This document shows positions 1 through 9,140 of a DNA stretch of 40,000 nucleotides, one piece after another. The notes under the pieces were generated by a model. It made no database searches. It was not told where the DNA came from and worked only from the letters and a program-made list of their open reading frames with translations. A program made the translations under genes and the position numbers. Numbering within the stretch: position 1 is the stretch's first letter; each line of letters begins with the position of its first letter. This DNA is from Roseivirga sp. (GTDB lineage Bacteria > Bacteroidota > Bacteroidia > Cytophagales > Cyclobacteriaceae): positions 2,701,974 through 2,741,973 of the forward strand of contig OZ253951.1 of the NCBI GenBank assembly GCA_965267365.1. The letters run 5' to 3'.

Positions 1-1218
1 TCAACTGCTTGCGTTTGCCACCTATGACCTTCCTTACTCCAATCTCCTTTAGGCGCTTCATCACCATAGCCAATGAAATATTGACATAGTTGAGAGTAGA
101 CAGTAGCAGCATAAAAACAGCAATGGCAGAAAGAGTAAGAATTGGTGCCACATTAGGTGAAGAGCCTACGCCCCAACTCATTTCATTAGAATGGGAAGCC
201 ATTGTACTCACAGGCTCTAACTGAAAATAGGTGTATGGATTAACCTTATTGTCTTTATTATGTAAAGGCAAAAGTTCATCCATGGCCGCTAAAATTCTCC
301 CTTCTTCTACCCCATTTTGACGCTGAATAAAAAAGTTCGTGTTCCAAGAATCTCTGGTTTTGGACAAGTGCTGATCTAACACTTCATAATTCATCAATAT
401 CTCTAACTGAATACTGGAATTGTTAGGTTTATCTCTGTAGATAGCGCCAACGGTTACTACCTTCCATTCTTCTCCTATTTTGATCTCGAGCTGCTGATCT
501 AAAGCTGACTGTTCGCCAAACAGGCTTCTGGCTGTTCCTTCATCAATAATAATTTGATCTGCAGATTTGAGGGCGTTTGGATTACCCGCTAGTAGATCAA
601 AAGTGAACATTTCGGTAAAATCTGGATCTACAAAACGAATGGCATGGTAGTGAATGCGCTTCTCAACACGTGCTTCCACTTGTACAAAATTGTACCTCGT
701 TGAAGCTTTAATGCCTGGCGATGAATTCAGAATCTCACGTGTAAGATGATTATCAGTACCTCCACTTCTTCCTTTGTTAGATTCTAAATCCTCCCAGTGA
801 GTAACAAGGAAAAGATCTTCTAGATTTTCATGAAAGTCGTCTTTCACATAGTTGTATTCAACAAATTTGAATACCACAATTGAGCAGCCAATTGCCAAGG
901 AAAGCCCAATGATATTGATAGTACTTGGAAGACGCTGCTTCCATAAATTTCGAACCCCAATTTTGAAGTAATTCTTTAATATTCCCATGTTGTTTAATCT
1001 TTGAGTGTTTGACTTCTTTTTAATATTTGACCATCTGAATAGTCGGATTACATCCCAGATGAATGCTCGCTTGGCAGCAGAAGGACCTTTATCTTCTAGT
1101 CGCCAATAGAATAATTCATGGACATCACCCTGAAGCTGTTCTATCAGCTCCTTATTGCAGAACCATTGCAAAAAGCGATCAGCCCATTTGGGAGGTTGTT
1201 GTTTTGACCTGTTTGCCA
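1..1218 (-). CDS. FtsX/MacB-like ABC-type permease with N-terminal 'permease prefix' domain (5' portion; gene continues past window start)
   Basis: Absent from the ORF track because it is open to the window edge. Reverse translation from ATG (1218-1216) gives MANRSKQQPPKWADRFLQWFCNKELIEQLQGDVHELFYWRL...NMGILKNYFKIGVRNLWKQRLPSTINIIGLSLAIGCSIVVF (TM1). A MacB-type periplasmic domain follows (IIIDEGTARSLFGEQSALDQQLEI), then the start of the FtsX bundle (LLLSTLNYVNISLAMVMKRLKEIGVRKVIGGKRKQL). The ATG directly abuts the PadR stop codon. Confidence 0.85.
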
Positions 1219-1557
1219 TTAAGCAAATGAATAAATTGGGGTTGAACCTAGTTGACCATAAAGCTTCTCTCTCATCTCTCTCACCTGATCAATCATTTGC
1301 CGACCAGTAGCAGTCAATTTGTAAAACCGCTTTCTTCTCCCCCCTCTTTCAGCAGTAGCACCGCCCATTTCAGAGGTGACAAAACCTTTTTCTTCGAGGC
1401 GATTAAGTACTGCATGAATGGCGCTAATATTTAATTCTCGCCCAGTCTGAGATTTCATTTCTTGTAAAACCCCTACCGCATAGGCCTCATCTCTTAAAAC
1501 GCCAACTAGAAGAAGAATCAGCTCTTCTAGTTCGCCAATATGATTTCCTTTACTCAT
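1219..1557 (-). CDS. PadR family transcriptional regulator
   Basis: MSKGNHIGELEELILLLVGVLRDEAYAVGVLQEMKSQTGRELNISAIHAVLNRLEEKGFVTSEMGG...RRKRFYKLTATGRQ is a typical PadR winged helix of about 112 aa. I prefer the ATG at 1557 over the track start at 1605, whose extension is a low-complexity AT-rich leader. Confidence 0.85.
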   Translation of the reverse strand: MSKGNHIGELEELILLLVGVLRDEAYAVGVLQEMKSQTGRELNISAIHAVLNRLEEKGFVTSEMGGATAERGGRRKRFYKLTATGRQMIDQVREMREKLYGQLGSTPIYSFA

Positions 1558-1565
1558 AACATCTA

Positions 1566-1573
1566 CAAATATA
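1566..1573 (-). promoter_or_regulatory. Putative Bacteroidota -7 promoter box (TATATTTG on minus strand) for the PadR-permease operon
   Basis: The plus strand reads CAAATATA, which is the reverse complement of TAnnTTTG. Only 8 nt separate it from the PadR ATG. Confidence 0.3.
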
Positions 1574-1670
1574 GAGATAATATTTAATCTATAATTGTAG
1601 GACAAATAAAATTTAGAATCTCTGCTAGTCGGTCATCATTAATTTGTAGATTAAGATTAAATCCAGCACA

Positions 1671-2156
1671 ATGAAAAAATTAAGCTTACTCCTCATTACT
1701 CTATGCTTAGCTTGGTCCTGCCAAGACAATAGCTCGAGTAATCAGATGGTTGTTGATCAGTATGTCAATGCTGTACAAAAATTAGATTACACCACAGCCC
1801 TTGATCTATTGGCAGAAGACTACATAGGATATGGCCCATCTGTTGGTGATTCTATTCAAAAACAGCAGGTAGAAGCCAGCATGAGATTCAATATGGAAAA
1901 CACCTATGAGTCGATTGAATACAAAAAATCACGAACTATCTCAGTCCACATTCCTGACGGGGACAATAAAGGTGAATGGGTTTCTCATTGGGCTCAATTG
2001 CTAATAAATTATCAAGATGGTCAATCGGCAGAGCTTATGGCCAATAGCATTTATCAGTTAGAAGGTGGTAAAATCATTAGAAGCTACACTTTCTACAATG
2101 AAGCTGATGCTTTAGAACAACTTGGTTACGTGTTTGTAAATTTAGATGACTTGTAA
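1671..2156 (+). CDS. Lipoprotein, possibly NTF2/SnoaL-like fold
   Basis: SpII-type signal MKKLSLLLITLCLAWSC. The size (161 aa) and pattern (VVDQYVNAVQKLDYTTALDLLAEDYIGYGP...) resemble SnoaL/NTF2-like proteins. The function call is weak. Confidence 0.6.
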   Translation: MKKLSLLLITLCLAWSCQDNSSSNQMVVDQYVNAVQKLDYTTALDLLAEDYIGYGPSVGDSIQKQQVEASMRFNMENTYESIEYKKSRTISVHIPDGDNKGEWVSHWAQLLINYQDGQSAELMANSIYQLEGGKIIRSYTFYNEADALEQLGYVFVNLDDL

Positions 2157-2157
2157 G

Positions 2158-2670
2158 ATGAAAAAATCAATCCTAATCATATTGAGTCTTGCTTTTGGGT
2201 TCATCAGCCAAGGGCAGACTGATAGTACTAAGACTCAGACAGTTTCAATTTCTAAAGGGCTTGAGGTTTTTGTATTCCCGAAGAACAGTCAAACCAAGGA
2301 GCAGCAAGAAATGGACGAATACATGTGCTATAAATGGGCTGTAGAACAGACAGGTTATAACCCGATCAATCCACCGGAGGTTAAACCTGACACTGTCCAA
2401 ACGGGACCTGATGGATCAGCAGTAAGAGGTGCAGCTCGAGGTGCAGCAGCTGGTGCAGCCATTGGTGCGATTGCTGGAGATGCTGGAGATGGAGCTGCTA
2501 TTGGAGCAGTTGCTGGCGCACTTCGAGGGAGAAGAGCAAGAGCTTATAAACAACAGCAGCAGCAAGCAGCCAACAACAAAGCGGCCGCTGATGCCAATGC
2601 TAAAATGCTAGCAGACTTTAAAAAGGCCTTTATGGTTTGTATGGAGGCTAAAGAATATCAAGTCAAATAG
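2158..2670 (+). CDS. Glycine-zipper (YMGG-like) secreted/membrane protein
   Basis: Signal peptide MKKSILIILSLAFGFISQGQ, then GAARGAAAGAAIGAIAGDAGDGAAIGAVAGALRGRR, a classic Gly-zipper, followed by a Q/A/N-rich tail. The start at 2158 avoids overlapping the upstream stop. Confidence 0.75.
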   Translation: MKKSILIILSLAFGFISQGQTDSTKTQTVSISKGLEVFVFPKNSQTKEQQEMDEYMCYKWAVEQTGYNPINPPEVKPDTVQTGPDGSAVRGAARGAAAGAAIGAIAGDAGDGAAIGAVAGALRGRRARAYKQQQQQAANNKAAADANAKMLADFKKAFMVCMEAKEYQVK

Positions 2671-2681
2671 ATTGAGATCAT

Positions 2682-2704
2682 AAGCGGCTTTTGCCGCTTT
2701 TTTT
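2682..2704 (+). terminator. Rho-independent terminator
   Basis: AAGCGGC-TTTT-GCCGCTT followed by a T-run, 12 nt after the stop at 2670. Confidence 0.75.
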
Positions 2705-2733
2705 ATCCGCACATCAAATTACCAACGCTAAAC

Positions 2734-3186
2734 ATGTCAAGAGAATTTGACGATAACATCATATTGCCTGGCTTTGCCAATTTCAGATTTGTCGACTTGA
2801 ACGAGGGTATATTAACCACTAACCAATCACAGGGGCCTATCAATTTATATATTGATAATAAATCTGCCTCTTTTGTTCATGATGCTTTCCCTAGCGAAGA
2901 AAAAGCCATCGACTTGATTATGAATGAAAGCGAAAAATACTGTGAGATCATTTCTTCTGAATTACTGAAACTAGAAATAAGCGATTCAGCTTCAGCAATA
3001 GATCAACAATTTGCCTTTTGTTCAATAAGCGTTGGTAACCCATCTCAAGAGGACACTTATGCTACACTATGCTTCACCTTTTTATCAGATGGAGGTCACT
3101 TATTAGGAATTAAAATGCAGGGCTTCGAGGTATTAGATGTTCAATTCAACGAAGGCCCATTTAAAGTTTGCTATAAGTTTGATTGA
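2734..3186 (+). CDS. Hypothetical cytoplasmic protein (150 aa), no recognisable domain
   Basis: Complete ORF with no signal peptide. Its TGA overlaps the ATG of the downstream GT2 gene (TGATG at 3184-3188). Confidence 0.6.
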   Translation: MSREFDDNIILPGFANFRFVDLNEGILTTNQSQGPINLYIDNKSASFVHDAFPSEEKAIDLIMNESEKYCEIISSELLKLEISDSASAIDQQFAFCSISVGNPSQEDTYATLCFTFLSDGGHLLGIKMQGFEVLDVQFNEGPFKVCYKFD

Positions 3187-4202
3187 TGATAAACCAGAAG
3201 CCACTCGTATCAATTATAATGGCCATCAAGGACACCGCTCCTTACCTACCTGCCTGTCTTGATTCTATTATTGCTCAAAGCTATTCTAATTGGGAGCTTA
3301 TCGCAGTAAACGATCATAGTAGTGACGCTACCCCAGACATCTTAAATGAGTATGCGCAACTAGATAAACGTATTAAAGTCTATCATTCAGATAGACAAAA
3401 GCTCATACCCACCCTTAAGTTTGGTTACCCTTTCATTTCAGGCGAATTAGTCAATAGAATGGATTCTGATGATAAGATGCCTGTTGACAAAATAGAGACT
3501 TTAGTTCACCATTGGCATCAATATGGGAAAGGCCATGTGATTGCGGGAGGCACCCAACATTTTGTAGATGAGGGAAAAGTAGGTGGTGGCTTTTTACGTT
3601 ATGAAGAGTGGTTGAATGATATAGCTAAGAACAGCCGACATCTTGAAGAAATTTATACAGAGTGTGTCATCCCATCGCATAGCTGGCTCATGCACAAAGA
3701 GGATCTAGACGTCATTGGGGCCTTTGAACCGGAAGTTTATCCCGAAGATTATGACCTGTGCTTTCGCATGTATAAATCAGGATTGAAAATCATTGGTATT
3801 GACAAAGTGCTACACTATTGGCGTGATAGAAGCAATAGAATTTCTAGGACTTGGGATGAGTATAAAGACAATCGCTATTTCGAACTAAAGCTTCACTATT
3901 TCAATCAAATCGACAGAGATCTATCTAGACCCTTAGTATTGTGGGGAGTTGGTAAAAACGGTAAAGATTTAGCTCAATTATTGATTTCTCTAGACATGAA
4001 TTTTCATTGGGTTGGAGAAAGCCCATCTAAAATTGGACACAACATTTACGGAGTAGAAATTCAACCTATTGAGGTTATTCAAAACTTAAGTAATCCTCAA
4101 ATCCTTATTGCGGTGTCATCTCCTCAAGGGAAAGAAGAAATCAAATCAAAACTTAGTTTATACAAAAAAGAACCAATAGTTGACTATTGGTTCTTTCTAT
4201 GA
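3186..4202 (+). CDS. Glycosyltransferase family 2 protein with C-terminal Rossmann-like extension
   Basis: N-terminus VSIIMAIKDTAPYLPACLDSIIAQSYSNWELIAVNDHSSDATPDILNEY...DSDD is GT-A/GT2. The C-terminal ~90 aa (LVLWGVGKNGKDLAQLL...GVEIQPIE...ILIAVSS) resembles the nucleotide-binding N-domain of NeuD/PglD-type proteins. Confidence 0.8.
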   Translation: MINQKPLVSIIMAIKDTAPYLPACLDSIIAQSYSNWELIAVNDHSSDATPDILNEYAQLDKRIKVYHSDRQKLIPTLKFGYPFISGELVNRMDSDDKMPVDKIETLVHHWHQYGKGHVIAGGTQHFVDEGKVGGGFLRYEEWLNDIAKNSRHLEEIYTECVIPSHSWLMHKEDLDVIGAFEPEVYPEDYDLCFRMYKSGLKIIGIDKVLHYWRDRSNRISRTWDEYKDNRYFELKLHYFNQIDRDLSRPLVLWGVGKNGKDLAQLLISLDMNFHWVGESPSKIGHNIYGVEIQPIEVIQNLSNPQILIAVSSPQGKEEIKSKLSLYKKEPIVDYWFFL

Positions 4203-4218
4203 TCACTAATTCTTTCGA

Positions 4219-5589
4219 CTACCTTCTTCTAATTTGTCTGTAAGGAAAGACAACTGGAGATTCATTACCGTCTTTACCAACTGCAGCTACACCGAAGTAA
4301 TAATTATCAATTACTATCCCCTCTAAAGTATGACCATGAACTCCTTCCACATACACAAAGTGATCCCATGTAGGAGAAGTAGTTAGTCTAAAATATACTT
4401 TGTATCCAGCAATATTCGGATCATCACTTTCTTCCCAGATCAATGTAGTAGATGGCCTTACAGCACCTCCAATTCTCACATCTTTTGGTGCTGGAGGAGC
4501 CCAAGCAAGCCCTGCCAATGAAATTTCATTCACAGAAGTCAGCTTCTTAGCATATTCAAAATTGACACCCTCAATAACATCACCGTACTTGATACCATTT
4601 TCCTCTCTGATGTCCTGATGCTGTCTATTATAATTCTCATGGGCCTCCATAATTCTGACGCCAGCATATCCTAAATCATTAAATGGCCTATGATGCCCTC
4701 CTCTACCAAATCTATCTAATCGATAGATCATCATCGGGTTCATTTCAGGCATGTAAGTTTTTACCTGCTTATGGATGTATCTGGCAAGTTGTCTTGAATT
4801 ACCATCAACCTCTCCACCTGTAAATCTCCTAGTCCTTCTTAGCTGCTCACTTTCATTTGCCGGAGTGGGCTCTGAGAAAATTCTAAATGTTCTATTATCA
4901 ATCACACCATCAACTCCTTCAATGTTGCCAATCATGTCATTGTTGAGTACTCCTACAATCTCCCAATTATTCTCTTGGGCATATTTGGCCAGGCCAGCTC
5001 CTCCGAAAAGCCCTTGTTCCTCACCTGAAAGGCCAACGAAAGCAATGCTATGTTTGAATTTATATTTTGATAGAACTCTGGCTGCCTCAATGGTGCCAGC
5101 CATTCCAGAAGCATTATCATTTGCTCCAGGGGCATCAATTTCAAAATTCATTGTATTAGAGGCACGCGAGTCAATATCACCTGACATCATCACATATGAA
5201 TTAGGATAATCAGTCCCTCTTAATACTGCCACTACATTCACCACATAAGCATCTTTAGGAACTCTTCTGTTCCCCTCTTTTGTGACTAAATCCTTTTGAT
5301 AGAATACTTCTAGGCATCCTCCACATTCTTGAGAGATCTTTTCGAATTCAGCTTTGATCCATCTTCTAGCGGCCCCAATACCTCTCGTTTCTGATAAGGT
5401 ATCCGAGAACGTATTTCTAGTTCCAAAATTGACCAAGGTTTGAATATCTGTTTCAATCCTTTCGGCTGATGTGTTGGCAATAATATCATATATCCTTGTA
5501 TCCACTTGTGGTGGCGCGGTCTGACCAGACACTTGACTCACAAAGCCAAAAGCCAAACCAACAAGAAAGGTCATCTTCAATAGTCTCAT
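4219..5589 (-). CDS. Secreted M28 family metallopeptidase (aminopeptidase) with C-terminal FN3-like domain
   Basis: Signal peptide followed by NVVAVLRG...MSGDIDS...GANDNASGMAGTIEAARVL...FVGLSGEEQGLFG, which are M28 zinc ligand motifs. Confidence 0.85.
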   Translation of the reverse strand: MRLLKMTFLVGLAFGFVSQVSGQTAPPQVDTRIYDIIANTSAERIETDIQTLVNFGTRNTFSDTLSETRGIGAARRWIKAEFEKISQECGGCLEVFYQKDLVTKEGNRRVPKDAYVVNVVAVLRGTDYPNSYVMMSGDIDSRASNTMNFEIDAPGANDNASGMAGTIEAARVLSKYKFKHSIAFVGLSGEEQGLFGGAGLAKYAQENNWEIVGVLNNDMIGNIEGVDGVIDNRTFRIFSEPTPANESEQLRRTRRFTGGEVDGNSRQLARYIHKQVKTYMPEMNPMMIYRLDRFGRGGHHRPFNDLGYAGVRIMEAHENYNRQHQDIREENGIKYGDVIEGVNFEYAKKLTSVNEISLAGLAWAPPAPKDVRIGGAVRPSTTLIWEESDDPNIAGYKVYFRLTTSPTWDHFVYVEGVHGHTLEGIVIDNYYFGVAAVGKDGNESPVVFPYRQIRRR

Positions 5590-5809
5590 TATAGTTTAGT
5601 TTATGCTTTGAAAATAGATATAGAAGTATTCTCTATGAATCAATTCTTTACGAACGGAAAATATTTCAAAATAATCAGAAGGTTTATAGGGGTAAACATG
5701 AAGTGAATTGTATTATAAATGCACTTTTCCGTTAAAAAAGGAAATTTTATTGTGTGAGGTGCAAACTTGGTACGAACATTGTCGTATAAACACACGAGAA
5801 TAGAAAAGG

Positions 5810-5923
5810 ATGAAAACGAAAACATTAATATTAACAGCAGCAGTAGTAGCAACAGGTCTTGGCATCTTAGGTTTTGCCGGTAAGAAAGTATCTCTCCCTA
5901 AAAAAGGTGGAGCAAAAAAATAA
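5810..5923 (+). CDS. Small hydrophobic peptide (37 aa), unannotated
   Basis: ATG at 5810 translates to MKTKTLILTAAVVATGLGILGFAGKKVSLPKKGGAKK*. It has one TM-like segment and a Lys-rich tail. It is preceded by AAAAGGA and followed 31 nt later by a strong terminator. It falls below the 60-aa track cutoff. Confidence 0.5.
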   Translation: MKTKTLILTAAVVATGLGILGFAGKKVSLPKKGGAKK

Positions 5924-5954
5924 ATTGACTTATTAATTAAGGTTAAAACGAGAG

Positions 5955-5978
5955 AGCCCCTTCTAGGAGGGGCTTTTT
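5955..5978 (+). terminator. Rho-independent terminator
   Basis: AGCCCCT-TCTAGG-AGGGGCT followed by TTTTT. Confidence 0.75.
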
Positions 5979-6001
5979 CATTTCTAAACTTTCTTATTTT
6001 T

Positions 6002-6607
6002 ATGGCTCAAATTCGATCGATGCAAAAAGCCCTTTACATTATTCTGCTTCTCGTATGTGTTCAATGCCTTCAAGCGCAAAGAACACAAGTTGCCATTGAC
6101 CCTAGGAGCTTTATTGACACTGCCATTGTCTACATGGAGCAAGAGCAGTATGAGAAAGCAGATGAATATTTTATGGTGGCTCTTGATAAGATCGAGCTCT
6201 TGTCAGCTGACTTCTGTTATTTCTTTGGAAAGAACTCGCTTCTATTAGGCAAGAATGCACAAAGCATTGACTGGCTGAACAAATACCTGGAGTTAAAAGG
6301 TAGTAGAGGCCAATATTCAAAAGAAGTGTTAGGCTTATTAGACACAGCTGAAGAAAGATTCAGGAATGAAAAACCACGAAATGTGGATGGTGCAGATGTC
6401 AATAGTAAATTCTTCTATCTCAATACTATCCCATGTAATGAAGGACAACCAATTACCTGTCCAATCTGTAGAGGTCAAGATGTTATTATTACTAGGGATC
6501 AACTAGGCGAAAGACTCTATAAGACCTGCCCTTATTCTACAAATGGCGTGCTTACCTGCAGAGAATACAACCTCTTAATACAAGGGCTTCTGAAGCCTAA
6601 AAACTAG
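6002..6607 (+). CDS. Secreted hypothetical protein with a TPR-like N-terminal half and a Cys-rich (CPxCxG) C-terminal half
   Basis: Signal LYIILLLVCVQCLQAQ. The C-terminus reads PCNEGQPITCPICRGQDVI...KTCPYSTNGVLTC, a zinc-ribbon-like motif. Confidence 0.6.
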   Translation: MAQIRSMQKALYIILLLVCVQCLQAQRTQVAIDPRSFIDTAIVYMEQEQYEKADEYFMVALDKIELLSADFCYFFGKNSLLLGKNAQSIDWLNKYLELKGSRGQYSKEVLGLLDTAEERFRNEKPRNVDGADVNSKFFYLNTIPCNEGQPITCPICRGQDVIITRDQLGERLYKTCPYSTNGVLTCREYNLLIQGLLKPKN

Positions 6608-7470
6608 ACAAGTAGACTTAAAACCAATTGAATCAATCGATCTACGGCTAAGTTATGGTTGCTTGAAAATGTGCCGTTAGCTCTATTTGCGATCAAAGCA
6701 TTAACACTTACTATCTCATGCCCCAACAGCTTTGCCATGGCATAATACCCTGCTGTTTCCATTTCAAAATTGGTAAACCTACCGTAGGGTGTCTCTATAT
6801 TTTGAAATCTATCTGGAAGATCTGAAAAGGCCACCGGTAGTCTCAATTCCCTTCCTTGAGGTGCATAAAAACCAGGTGAGGTAATGGTGACTCCTTGGAA
6901 CATGTGATCACTAAACTTACCCAGCAAATTCAAGGAGGCTTCAGCAATGTAAGGTTTAAAAGGAAGCCCCACTAGTCTTTGAACCTTTGAGCAGAAGTGC
7001 TCATTGGCATCTCCAGGATTCCATTGATAAAAGTTCATCAAGGTATCTAAGCCAACGCCCGCAGTCGAGACTAAAAAAGCATCAATTGGTATGTCTGGCT
7101 GGATACAGCCCGAAGTACCAATTCTATAGATCCTTAATGACTTAAGCTTTCTTTTAACCTTCCGAGTTTTGAAATCAATATTAGCCAGCGCATCAAGCTC
7201 AGTCATTAGGAGCTCAACATTATCGGTGCCCATTCCGGAACTAATGACTGATAGCCTCTTCCCTCCTAGCTCACCGGTATGAGTAACTAATTCACGATTA
7301 TTGATGCGATGATGAATTTTATCAAAATGCGCACTGATCTTCTCTACTCGGTCAGGATCGCCTACAACAATCACATCATCTGCGATCATTTCAGGATGCA
7401 GATTCAAATGATAGACACGTCCCTGAGGAGAGATTATTAATTCTGAATCTGCAATCCTTCTAGAAGCCAT
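6604..7470 (-). CDS. Nucleoside phosphorylase (PNP/UDP family)
   Basis: GDPDRVEKIS..., ISSGMGTDNVELLMTEL, YRIGTSG and NFEMETAGYYAMAKLLG are PNP_UDP_1 family motifs. Confidence 0.8.
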   Translation of the reverse strand: MASRRIADSELIISPQGRVYHLNLHPEMIADDVIVVGDPDRVEKISAHFDKIHHRINNRELVTHTGELGGKRLSVISSGMGTDNVELLMTELDALANIDFKTRKVKRKLKSLRIYRIGTSGCIQPDIPIDAFLVSTAGVGLDTLMNFYQWNPGDANEHFCSKVQRLVGLPFKPYIAEASLNLLGKFSDHMFQGVTITSPGFYAPQGRELRLPVAFSDLPDRFQNIETPYGRFTNFEMETAGYYAMAKLLGHEIVSVNALIANRANGTFSSNHNLAVDRLIQLVLSLLV

Positions 7471-8435
7471 TAATCCAATTTAGCAGGTTCTCTCTTAACT
7501 CCCTTTAATGGATTGTAATGATTTGTATTTTTTTGGTAATAGCCTGTACCATCGTATGGTCTTCGTTCCGGACTCTGACGGCATTCATCTGAACAACAAC
7601 CATCCATTAACCATCCCGCCTCTTCAGTCATTGGCATATGACGATTACAAACCGGGTTAGCACAATTGACCATTCTATCAGTTGGCTCTCCAGATACATA
7701 GCACTTACTGATGATTGAAGGGTTCACGTGATTCACATCAGCTGTGATCCTATTATCAAATACATAACACTTCCCTTCAAAATCTTCACCACCAGCTTCT
7801 AGGCCATATTTGATGATTCCTCCGTGTAATTGATAAACGTTTTCGAAACCTTGCTCAAGCAAATAGGCACTGGCTTTTTCGCACTTGATACCGCCTGTGC
7901 AATAGGTGACTACCTTTTTATTCTTCAGGTGATCGAGCTCTTTTACTTTCTCAGGAAAGTCTCTGAAGTTGTCAATATCAAGAGTCATGGCGCCTTTGAA
8001 CTTGCCAACGTTGTGCTCATAGTTACTCCTGACGTCAAGGATAATCGTATCTTCATCCTGTTCTGCTAACACATCCTTGAATTCTTCCGGCTCCATATAA
8101 GCGCCAGTTTTTACTCTTGGATTGATCTCTCTTAGGCTTGAATGAACGATCTCAGGCTTCACTCTTACATGTAGCTTGGCAAAAGCCATTTTATCATGTG
8201 GTTCAACCTTGAATTCCGTATCGGCAAAACGAGAATCGCTTTTAACGTAAGCCATATACTTTTCACAGTCTTCTATGAGTCCAGAAACGGTTCCATTTAG
8301 CCCCTCTGGAGAAATGATAATTCTTCCTCTCAGGTTATTCTCGATACAAAAAAGGTGATGTTGTTCTCTGTATGCCTCATGATCTTCTATGTTGGCATAG
8401 CAGTAATACAGTAATATTGAATAGTTCTTTTCCAT
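7470..8435 (-). CDS. trhO: Rhodanese-domain tRNA U34 hydroxylase TrhO (UPF0176/YceA family)
   Basis: ILLYYCYANIEDHEAYREQHHLFCIENNLRGRIIISPEGLNGTVSG plus the rhodanese loop VTYCTGGIKCEKASAYL. I prefer the start at MEKNYS (8435) to 8477. Confidence 0.85.
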   Translation of the reverse strand: MEKNYSILLYYCYANIEDHEAYREQHHLFCIENNLRGRIIISPEGLNGTVSGLIEDCEKYMAYVKSDSRFADTEFKVEPHDKMAFAKLHVRVKPEIVHSSLREINPRVKTGAYMEPEEFKDVLAEQDEDTIILDVRSNYEHNVGKFKGAMTLDIDNFRDFPEKVKELDHLKNKKVVTYCTGGIKCEKASAYLLEQGFENVYQLHGGIIKYGLEAGGEDFEGKCYVFDNRITADVNHVNPSIISKCYVSGEPTDRMVNCANPVCNRHMPMTEEAGWLMDGCCSDECRQSPERRPYDGTGYYQKNTNHYNPLKGVKREPAKLD

Positions 8436-8487
8436 AATTCTGCCCCATTGCTGGTGGGGTGACCTCTGGTTTAACAAAAAATTAAAT

Positions 8488-9120
8488 CTATACTTTGGCC
8501 GCAGGGTTTCCGAATACGGTTTCCCCTTTGCCTACGTTGGCAATAACCACAGAGCCAGCACCAATTCTAGCATCATCAGCTACTTCAATTCCGGGCACAA
8601 TTGTAACCCCAGAGCCGATAAATACATTATTTCCGATTTTAGCTGCAGCACCTACAACAGATCCAGCACCTACTTGTACCAAATCGCCTAGTTCTGCAGA
8701 ATAATCAATAGTCGAGTTAGTATGGATCAGACAGTGATCACCAATTTTAGCATTTGCTCCAATGACAACTCCGCTATTGATAAACTCGCCATGACCAATA
8801 TGAGCAGAAGGAGACAATTCTGTGTTACTATGAATAGCGTTCACAGGCATCATCTTTCTCTTCTCTTTCATCAACTTCACAAGGCCGCTACGCAAATCTC
8901 TATCATCAACCGCAATAAACCCTTCGCACTTCTTACCGATTAGCTTCAAGTAGGCCTGGTCATCCATTTTACCCAAAACAGATAATTCGCCAATTTCTGT
9001 GCCATGCAGGTCCTTATTATCATCTAAATAACCATACACAATGATATCATTACTCTCGAAAATCTCTACTGCAGCTTGCCCAAGCTCACTCGCACCAAAA
9101 ATAATTACTGGATTCTCCAT
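8488..9120 (-). CDS. NeuD/PglB-type sugar O-acyltransferase (hexapeptide-repeat)
   Basis: N-terminus VIIFGASELGQAAVEIF...GYLDD. The C-terminus has left-handed beta-helix repeats (IGDHCLIHTNSTIDYSAELGDLVQVGAGSVVGAAAKIGNNVFIGSGVTIV). Confidence 0.8.
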   Translation of the reverse strand: MENPVIIFGASELGQAAVEIFESNDIIVYGYLDDNKDLHGTEIGELSVLGKMDDQAYLKLIGKKCEGFIAVDDRDLRSGLVKLMKEKRKMMPVNAIHSNTELSPSAHIGHGEFINSGVVIGANAKIGDHCLIHTNSTIDYSAELGDLVQVGAGSVVGAAAKIGNNVFIGSGVTIVPGIEVADDARIGAGSVVIANVGKGETVFGNPAAKV

Positions 9121-9140
9121 CTATCTCTCAATTCAGGCTG

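Noticed and set aside
4775-5209. A 144-aa plus-strand ORF lies inside the M28 peptidase gene.
   Set aside because: It is antisense to a gene with clear family motifs. Its translation is low-complexity (S/P/L-rich) with no motif, so it is a shadow ORF.
5640-5852. A 70-aa minus-strand ORF (MLLLLLLILMF...) lies in the spacer.
   Set aside because: It has an AT-rich low-complexity translation and overlaps the better-supported small plus-strand ORF start, with no terminator or promoter motif of its own.
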